Shown here: piece by piece, positions 17,023-23,244 of the stretch
How the letters are laid out: each line of letters opens with the position of its first letter
Numbering within the stretch: position 1 is the stretch's first letter
Origin: a bacterium
GTDB lineage: Bacteria > Arandabacterota > Arandabacteria > Arandabacterales > JALGWA01
DNA: 23,244 bases
Direction of reading: 5' to 3'
Assembly (NCBI GenBank): GCA_050125095.1
Contig: JASFEA010000035.1
Coordinates: 1-23,244 of the forward strand
Translations under genes and position numbers: made by a program
Notes under the pieces: model-generated
Seen by the model: only the letters and a program-made list of their open reading frames with translations
Told to the model about the DNA's origin: nothing
Database searches by the model: none

Positions 17023-18741
17023 TTGGATAGGAATCTCAGAGTATTCGTAGGATTGGTCTTGCTGGCCGCAGGCTGTCTGATCTTCCTTTCCTGTGGCGAT
17101 GACGAGACCACCACTGCCCCCTGTACGAATTGTGATTTCTGGGAGAAAGTGCTCGGCAGGAACGGGCGCTACCCGGCCGGGAGTCCGACCGACCCCAACC
17201 TCATAGCTTTCTGCGATACAATGGACCTTACCGGCGTCGCGGGCGCCGGAGAGATGTACTGGCACATCTGGGTGGCCAGGCGCGCCGATACCACTCGCTA
17301 TTACCAGATTACCAGCGACGAAGCCTTCGACTTAAAGCCCGTGTGGTCGCCGGACGGCCAGATGATCGCCTTCGAGAGAGGCCAGGCCGGGGCTCTCGAC
17401 ATCTTCGTGGTCGACGTATCGGACCCGGAGAACCCGGGTGTACCCGTCCGCTTGACGGACAATGAGGTAATCGAGGAATCCAACGGCAGCCCGGCGTGGA
17501 TAACCCTAAACGGCGGCGAGCAGTGGATCGCCTTCAATAACTCCAAGAACGGCGGAAGCGACATCGACCTGCTCAGAGTGGCCTATCCGGCACCGGGCGA
17601 TCCCGTCCCGGTGACCTACGACCCCGCTGATTTTGCGGTCGACCAGGGCGGCGTTCTGGGATACATCTTCAAGGACAAACAGGCGGGCTCCAACGGGTCG
17701 GCGTACATAGCGTTTTCGTCCCCCGACAGGACTCCGGTGGGCGACTTATACGTGGTTGCTCAAAGCGAGGAGGAAAGCGACACGGCAGACGTTCACGCCC
17801 GTGTCTTCATTAATGGGACGGATTCCGGGCAGTATACGCCTGTGCTGTTCAAGTACCGCCCGGTGCAGGACACAGTGACTATACAGGGTGACCTCGACGG
17901 ATACTGCAGTCTGGCCACAGTAGCCTATGCCGATATGGAGCCCGATACCGTCAGCACGGTACTTCTGGATTTCATACATACGCACGGCAACCTGGCGGTG
18001 GCGAGTATCCCCGGTTCTCACATCATTACGGTAGGCGAGATAGTCTGGAGCACGGTTACCGGCGATGACGAGGAGGCCATAACGGTGGTGGACACTGTCT
18101 GGGTGCAGCAGCAGCAAAACACCGAGGAATGGGACCCCGATGACCCGGAGTACGTGGTCTATACCTGCATACCCGCGGATACGGTGCTGATCTTTGCCTC
18201 TACCGTTTACGGGCCCTGCTCGGACACCCTCGAGGTCGTGGTAGCCCCCGGCGACACTTCGGACGTAATCCTGGACTGCACTTCGCGCATAGCCGCAATG
18301 GGCGGTTCGTCCGCGAGGTCTTCGGGAAAGCGGGCGCCCGTGCTCAGGCAGCAGCCCGAGCCCTACTCGCTGTGGGTTGTCGACGCCGACACCGAGGCCC
18401 TGTACCTCATAGACGCGACAGACTCGCCCATCTCGAATCCCGCGCTGAGCCCCGACGGCAGATATGTGGCCTATATAGTCGGGGAGGCCGCCGATAGAAT
18501 GCTGTATGTGGCGGGTGACATCCAGGCCTACATCGCAGGGACTCAGGCTATCGTAACGACCCGGATCGGGCTGCCCGGTTCGGCTGAGGACATCGAGTGT
18601 TATCGCTTCCCGGAGCGCGTCTCCTGGGTCTATGACGAACCGGCGTACAGGCTGCTGGCCTCATTGTCGGTTTGCCGGTCCGGCCAGGTTCTGACGGACT
18701 ACGAGATCTGGGAAGCCGATCTCGACGATTTCCTGGACTAA
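17023..18741 (+). CDS. Lipoprotein with TolB-like (PD40) beta-propeller blades and PEGA-like domains, 572 aa
   Basis: Start taken as TTG 17023 with GGAGG at 17010-17014 (not 16087). Signal peptide ending IFLSC followed by GDDETTTAP. PD40 motifs PVWSPDGQMIAF and PALSPDGRYVAY. PEGA-like GDLYV...ARVFINGTDSGQYTP. Confidence 0.8.
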   Translation: MDRNLRVFVGLVLLAAGCLIFLSCGDDETTTAPCTNCDFWEKVLGRNGRYPAGSPTDPNLIAFCDTMDLTGVAGAGEMYWHIWVARRADTTRYYQITSDEAFDLKPVWSPDGQMIAFERGQAGALDIFVVDVSDPENPGVPVRLTDNEVIEESNGSPAWITLNGGEQWIAFNNSKNGGSDIDLLRVAYPAPGDPVPVTYDPADFAVDQGGVLGYIFKDKQAGSNGSAYIAFSSPDRTPVGDLYVVAQSEEESDTADVHARVFINGTDSGQYTPVLFKYRPVQDTVTIQGDLDGYCSLATVAYADMEPDTVSTVLLDFIHTHGNLAVASIPGSHIITVGEIVWSTVTGDDEEAITVVDTVWVQQQQNTEEWDPDDPEYVVYTCIPADTVLIFASTVYGPCSDTLEVVVAPGDTSDVILDCTSRIAAMGGSSARSSGKRAPVLRQQPEPYSLWVVDADTEALYLIDATDSPISNPALSPDGRYVAYIVGEAADRMLYVAGDIQAYIAGTQAIVTTRIGLPGSAEDIECYRFPERVSWVYDEPAYRLLASLSVCRSGQVLTDYEIWEADLDDFLD

Positions 18742-18773
18742 GCCCACTCCCTGGCGCCGGGCGTTCATACGCG

Positions 18774-19427
18774 ATGCCGATTGACTACAAAGACACCTCC
18801 ACGCAGGTTTCGCAGCGCGGTGTTTTCGCCCGCAACTTCCTCGCGCGCTTATATCGCGGTTTCGTGGAGGCGAGGATAAGGCGCGAGCTCAAGGACTCCT
18901 CGCACATTCTGGACGTGGGGTGTGGAGAGGGCATCCTCCTCGAGAATCTCTCCAGGCAGTATCCTGACAAGACCCTGGCCGGAGTGGACCTGTCCCGGGA
19001 GAACGTCAGGATATGCACGGAGCTGGGGCTCGATGTCATATTGGGCGACGCCTCCGACCTCAATCTGCCGGCAGAATCCTTCGACGCCTGCGTCATGATG
19101 TCCGTGCTCGAGCATGTGGAGGACCCCGGCGCGGCCCTCAGAGAGGCCTGGCGTGTGCTCCTGCCGGGAGGGAGGCTCATTGTGCTGCTCCCCAACGACG
19201 ACTTCTTCAAGTTCGCCCGCTACATATTCCTGAGGTTTAAGGAGGCCCGCGAGGACTACGGGCATGTGTCCGAATGGGACCCCGGGAGAACGCGCCGCGA
19301 ACTCGAGGCCGCCGGTTTCGACATTCTCCGCACCCGGAACCTCCCCGGGTCATTGTGGGCGCTGAGCCTCCACCACCTCTGCGTGGGCGTGAAATCCGGC
19401 GAGGGGACACCGGGCCCGCCGGCGTAG
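18774..19427 (+). CDS. Class I SAM-dependent methyltransferase, 217 aa
   Basis: ILDVGCGEG (motif I), GVDLS, GDA..L...AESFD, VLEHVEDP..ALRE..RVL.PGG. ATG 18774 preferred over the overlapping 18672 start. Confidence 0.9.
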   Translation: MPIDYKDTSTQVSQRGVFARNFLARLYRGFVEARIRRELKDSSHILDVGCGEGILLENLSRQYPDKTLAGVDLSRENVRICTELGLDVILGDASDLNLPAESFDACVMMSVLEHVEDPGAALREAWRVLLPGGRLIVLLPNDDFFKFARYIFLRFKEAREDYGHVSEWDPGRTRRELEAAGFDILRTRNLPGSLWALSLHHLCVGVKSGEGTPGPPA

Positions 19428-19452
19428 CCGCGCTTCCGCAATAAAGTATTTA

Positions 19453-19481
19453 TTGCATCTATTGCGCAACGCTGGTATAAT
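19453..19481 (+). promoter_or_regulatory. Sigma70-type promoter with extended -10
   Basis: TTGCAT (19453-19458) - N17 - TATAAT (19476-19481), preceded by TGG. AT-rich upstream tract. Confidence 0.75.
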
Positions 19482-19565
19482 GACGCCGTGGGGCTGTGAA
19501 GGGGAAGGAAGACCTTATCACCAAGGGAGCGTCCCAGCCGGGACGGCGTTTGCGGAGGTGCCCCG

Positions 19566-21155
19566 ATGAGATTCGTGTCAATTACTTCTATTGCGGTATT
19601 TTCCATACTTATGTGCAGCGCCTGCCTCGGCGCAACTTACATCGTTGACCCGGGAGGGGGCGGCGACGCGCTTTCCATAACGGGAGGGCTGGGCCTGGCG
19701 ACGGCGGGGGACACCGTGCTCGTGATGCCCGGGACGTATTATGAGAATATTGCGCTGGTAAGCGGCGTGGCGCTGGTGAGCAGCGGAGGCTGGGGATCCA
19801 CCCATATCGAACCCGAGGACCCGCTGGTTCCCGTTGTCACCTGCGTGAATGCGGGAAGCGGCACGCTTATCAGCGGATTCTCCGTCGAAAAGGGTGAGGC
19901 CCTGTTCGGCGCGGGTATATACTGCCAGAATTCCACCCTCGACATTATCGACAGCCGCATCGCTTACAACGAAGCCGGCGACGACGGCGGAGGCGTCGCG
20001 CTTTATGACTGCGGCGCGTCTCTGATCAGCGGAAACGTTTTCTACAAGAACGACACCTATGAGAGGGGCGGCGCCCTGCTGTGCGACAACTCCTCGCCCG
20101 ACGTCCTGGACAATCAATTCACGGAGAACAGGGCCCATTTCGGCGCCGGCATATGCTGTGTCAACGGCGCTTGCCCCGAGATAACCGGCAATGACTTCAT
20201 GGAGAACTTCGCCACCAAGTGGGGCGGCGGCGTATCGTGCATGTGGTCGTGTAATCCCGTTATCATGTACAACACTTTTGAGTCGGACACGGCCCTGGGT
20301 TACAATATCTACGGATTTGAGGTCGGCGCCGGCGGCGGCGTTTACTGCTGGAACGCCTGCAATGTTAAAGCCGCAGGCAACACCTTCAACAATTGCTTCG
20401 GCTGGCACGGCGGGGCCATGGGAACTTCGAATCACTGTACGGGACTGGTGGCTGACAACGTCTTCACCAACTGCACGGGCGAGTACGGAGGCGCTTACTA
20501 CAATCACAGGTTCTCGGACCCCGAAATCACGGGGAACAGGTTCGAAAACAACGTCTCGACCAAGTGGGGAGGGGCCATATGCTACAGGGACACGGCCATG
20601 GGCGAGACCAGGAACAACCTCATATTCCACAACTCGGCTATAGGCGGTGGGGGCATCAAGGTATGGGGAAGCAGCCAGGCCGTAATCGCGGGCAATGTAC
20701 TATGGGACAACGATGCAGCTTACGGCGGCGCCGTGTCGGTCTCCAATATGTGCACGGCCACCTTCGAGTCCAACACCTTCTATGGCAACGAGGGCCTCAC
20801 GGCCGGCGGCACGATAGATTCGCACAACGGGTCGGATGTCAATATCAGTAACTGCATAGTGGCCATGTCGTCGGGTACGGCCGCGCTGTACGCGTGGGAA
20901 GGCGGTTTCCTGACTTCCGATTGCAACGACTTCTGGGGGAATTCCTCGGATTTCCAGGATTGCGCGCCGGGCCCGGGTGACTTCTTCAGTGCCCCGATGC
21001 TGTGCGATCCGGCTGCAGGCGACTTCCATCTTGACTGTCAGTCACCGTGTAACGGCAATACGGCCTGCGGACTGGTTGGCGCACTCGGCGTCGGATGCGG
21101 GTCCACCCGGACGGAGCCGACGACCTGGGGCGCCATAAAAGCAATGTACAGATAG
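19566..21155 (+). CDS. Secreted right-handed parallel beta-helix repeat protein (Pmp-like GGA(I/V)...FxxN repeats), 529 aa
   Basis: GGAGGT RBS. Signal peptide, GDTVLVMPGTYYENI cap, about 12 G(G/A)(A/G)x repeats with FxxN, P.LCDPAAGDFHL...SPC C-cap, terminal TTWGAIKAMYR. Confidence 0.88.
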   Translation: MRFVSITSIAVFSILMCSACLGATYIVDPGGGGDALSITGGLGLATAGDTVLVMPGTYYENIALVSGVALVSSGGWGSTHIEPEDPLVPVVTCVNAGSGTLISGFSVEKGEALFGAGIYCQNSTLDIIDSRIAYNEAGDDGGGVALYDCGASLISGNVFYKNDTYERGGALLCDNSSPDVLDNQFTENRAHFGAGICCVNGACPEITGNDFMENFATKWGGGVSCMWSCNPVIMYNTFESDTALGYNIYGFEVGAGGGVYCWNACNVKAAGNTFNNCFGWHGGAMGTSNHCTGLVADNVFTNCTGEYGGAYYNHRFSDPEITGNRFENNVSTKWGGAICYRDTAMGETRNNLIFHNSAIGGGGIKVWGSSQAVIAGNVLWDNDAAYGGAVSVSNMCTATFESNTFYGNEGLTAGGTIDSHNGSDVNISNCIVAMSSGTAALYAWEGGFLTSDCNDFWGNSSDFQDCAPGPGDFFSAPMLCDPAAGDFHLDCQSPCNGNTACGLVGALGVGCGSTRTEPTTWGAIKAMYR

Positions 21156-21245
21156 ACTTCCGGTTGCCGAACTCGTGGTCCCCTGCCGCGGGCCGAGCCT
21201 TCTGCCGGCTCCGTCGGGGCCGTATAATGCGCAATCGTATGCACC

Positions 21246-21275
21246 TTGACAATCTTGTCGTATCTTTGGTATAAT
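21246..21275 (+). promoter_or_regulatory. Consensus sigma70 promoter with extended -10
   Basis: TTGACA (21246-21251) - N18 - TATAAT (21270-21275), preceded by TGG. Confidence 0.85.
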
Positions 21276-21281
21276 CGTTAT

Positions 21282-21467
21282 GCGTAAGTGTTGGAGTTTC
21301 CCAGATTCCACACACTGAAGGGGGTGATGCCGACAAGACGGAGTAGTACCTCCGATTCCGTTTGCCGTACGGGGTTCAACCTGTCCGACAACAAGTGAAT
21401 TCCCTAAAGGCTTAGTCTGCCGGTATGTTGCCGGTAGACGGTATGCATTACATCGGAGGGGAAGACC
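21282..21467 (+). promoter_or_regulatory. Long structured 5' leader (about 185 nt)
   Basis: Hairpins 21287-21316, 21337-21362 and 21415-21439 between the promoter and the RBS GGAGGGG (21455-21461). Confidence 0.5.
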
Positions 21468-23244
21468 ATGATGAGATTTAGAGTAGTAGCATTAGCGGCA
21501 GCTCTGGTATTGCTGACGGCTTTTGCTGCCTTCGGAATGAAGGAGCAGGCTCGTCCGCTCCCGCCGCCGAATTATTCGGTCGGGAGGCTGCCGGAAGCTG
21601 GACCTTTTTTGATTTTGCAGGCCGGTGACACGACCTGGGTCCAGTGCCACACAAACGAGACCTACTGCCCCGGCGACCCGCTTGGCGGTCACGGTGGCGA
21701 GGCCGTCGGTGGCCCCGACGGCAGCGAGACGTGGTGCTTCGAGGGGAACTGGCCGAACGGCGATTCCTGCGGCACTAACCCGCCGTGGGATGATGTTCCC
21801 TATTGCTTCTGGCACTACGATGTGCGCGCGCAGGCCTCGCAGACGGGCATCAACTACTGGCACATGGACACGTACAGGACCGATCAGAGGAGCTACTGCG
21901 GCGACTCTGCTCTGTGGTGCGGGTCCGACAGTATTTGGCAGGGCACTCCCGTCGAGTGTGGCACCTGGGTCAACCCGCCGGGTTACGGGGACCTGTGGAA
22001 CTGCATCGCCGAGCTCGAACTTCCGGGCACGTTCGACGTGGCGAACGGTTGTACGGTTTACTTCGACCCCCGCTACGACACTGAGTGCAAGTACGACTAC
22101 TTCTATCTGGAGATGTACGACGGCTCTCAGTGGGTGGAGATCGGGCTCTTCAATGCCACGAGTAACAACCCTGGCTCAGAGTGCGGTACTCCCGGCGGCG
22201 GCAATCCGGACTACTGGGGCAACACGGACACGAACCGTCTGGCGAACTGTAACTGGCAGACGCGTAGCGTCGGCGGCGAGCCGGCCTTCAAGGCCGAGAT
22301 CGACCCCGGCGACTACAGCTACGTTGCCGGTCCGAGGTTCCGCTGGCGCTTCGAGTCCGATGGCGCCTGGAGTGACGCGGATGGTTCCGGCAACACTGAC
22401 GGAGCGGCATTCGTAGACAACGTCTGGGTCCATGGCGATGACGAGCAGTATGTCATGGACTTCGAGAGCGGTCTCGATGCCAACTGGAGTTTCCCGGATC
22501 CCGAAGGTCTTATCGACCAGTGGCACATGGTTCACGACCCGGATCCGCCTTATGAAGGCGGCGACGGCGGCGATCAGACCACGTGTACCCTGGATTCCTC
22601 GGTTGTTTACAGGGGAAGGCCTGAGGGCGGATACCCGGTCGGTACGCCCTGGAGAAACGGCTGGTACTACAGGCTCGTTACTCCTTCGATACCGATCCAG
22701 AACACGGGCTGTGTCGTTCAGTACGACCAGTTCATGTGCTGTAATGAAATCACATGTGATTACACGGATACCCAGGTGCGCTTCTTCAACACCTCAACCA
22801 ACACCTGGTGCCCGTGGATCAACATCGACGGGTTCATCACTTATGGCGGTTGCTTCTTCTGGAACTTCGACACCAACGAGGACGTGACCCCGTTCTACGG
22901 CTCCTCGGACGATTCGATGCAGTTCTGCTGGGAGCTCAAGGACGTGTCGAGCCCGGGCGACTTCTGCCGTGGGAAGCATGGGGGTACGGATAACATTATC
23001 GACAACGCGTCGGTGGGGTTCTTTAACGGTGACGCCACGGTGTTCAGCGCCCGTTACATCGACCTTCTGCAGGACATGTTCTTCACGGACCTTTGCTTCT
23101 TTAACTCGCTCTTCGACGCCTATGATCAGGACACCCTGAACTACTACGCCGACGAGGCATATCCCTATCCGGCCGCCAACAACCTGTATGTTGAGGTGAC
23201 GGACAAGGATTACGTCCAGGCGGTGGAGCTGTATGGGACGATCG
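21468..23244 (+). CDS. Large secreted Cys/Trp-rich acidic protein with two MAM/cleaved-adhesin-like jelly-roll modules (3' truncated; absent from the ORF track)
   Basis: Manual translation is open for 592 codons to the window edge: MMRFRVVALAAALVLLTAFAAFG (signal peptide)...YDTECKYDYFYLE...FRWRFESDGAWSDADG...AAFVDNVWV... Strong RBS 6 nt upstream of the ATG. Confidence 0.85.
   Translation, partial: MMRFRVVALAAALVLLTAFAAFGMKEQARPLPPPNYSVGRLPEAGPFLILQAGDTTWVQCHTNETYCPGDPLGGHGGEAVGGPDGSETWCFEGNWPNGDSCGTNPPWDDVPYCFWHYDVRAQASQTGINYWHMDTYRTDQRSYCGDSALWCGSDSIWQGTPVECGTWVNPPGYGDLWNCIAELELPGTFDVANGCTVYFDPRYDTECKYDYFYLEMYDGSQWVEIGLFNATSNNPGSECGTPGGGNPDYWGNTDTNRLANCNWQTRSVGGEPAFKAEIDPGDYSYVAGPRFRWRFESDGAWSDADGSGNTDGAAFVDNVWVHGDDEQYVMDFESGLDANWSFPDPEGLIDQWHMVHDPDPPYEGGDGGDQTTCTLDSSVVYRGRPEGGYPVGTPWRNGWYYRLVTPSIPIQNTGCVVQYDQFMCCNEITCDYTDTQVRFFNTSTNTWCPWINIDGFITYGGCFFWNFDTNEDVTPFYGSSDDSMQFCWELKDVSSPGDFCRGKHGGTDNIIDNASVGFFNGDATVFSARYIDLLQDMFFTDLCFFNSLFDAYDQDTLNYYADEAYPYPAANNLYVEVTDKDYVQAVELYGTI

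Noticed and set aside
19514-19570. SAM-I riboswitch (CTTATC...GGTGCC...GATGAG resemblance)
   Set aside because: Only about 45 nt between the P1 arms, and the conserved AGAG, kink-turn and GCAAC core is missing.
19578-20630. 350-aa minus-strand ORF and similar antisense ORFs across the window
   Set aside because: Antisense shadows of well-supported genes with no recognisable motifs; expected from codon bias in GC-rich DNA.
21156-21222. Intrinsic terminator after the beta-helix gene
   Set aside because: Only a short GAGCC/GGCTC stem with no U-tract on either strand.
21625-22993. ORFs of 263, 93, 151 and 61 aa in the track
   Set aside because: Shadow frames of the real open frame starting at 21468.
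1-23244. CRISPR array, tRNA/rRNA, transposase or prophage genes
   Set aside because: No regularly spaced repeats, cloverleaf or mobile-element protein motifs seen; intergenic space is small and mostly accounted for.

Overview
GC-rich bacterial window, most likely from an uncultured FCB-group lineage (Krumholzibacteria/Eisenbacteria/Latescibacteria-like; inferred from protein style, not from a marker gene). It opens with the 3' end of glyS, translationally coupled to an 8-gene envelope glycosylation operon (1225-14795): two alkaline-phosphatase-superfamily enzymes (one cytoplasmic, one exported), one DPM1/GtrB-like GT2, one UPF0104 flippase-like protein and four GT-C-fold membrane proteins (two YfhO paralogues, one PMT_2-like, one PMT_2-like with TPRs). 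A fifth GT-C gene converges on the operon from the minus strand. It is divergent from a TolB-like/PEGA lipoprotein rich in D-T-hydrophobic tripeptides and a SAM methyltransferase. Two secreted Cys-rich proteins follow, each with its own near-consensus sigma70 promoter: a beta-helix protein ending in a TTWGAIKAMYR tail, and a large Cys/Trp-rich protein that the ORF track misses because it runs off the window. Best candidate for an undescribed system: a polyprenyl-phosphate-sugar-dependent, multi-GT-C surface or protein glycosylation pathway encoded next to its likely substrates, plus a possible C-terminal WGxIK sorting signal. No rRNA, tRNA, CRISPR array or transposase was seen. All family calls come from reading motifs by eye; no searches were run.
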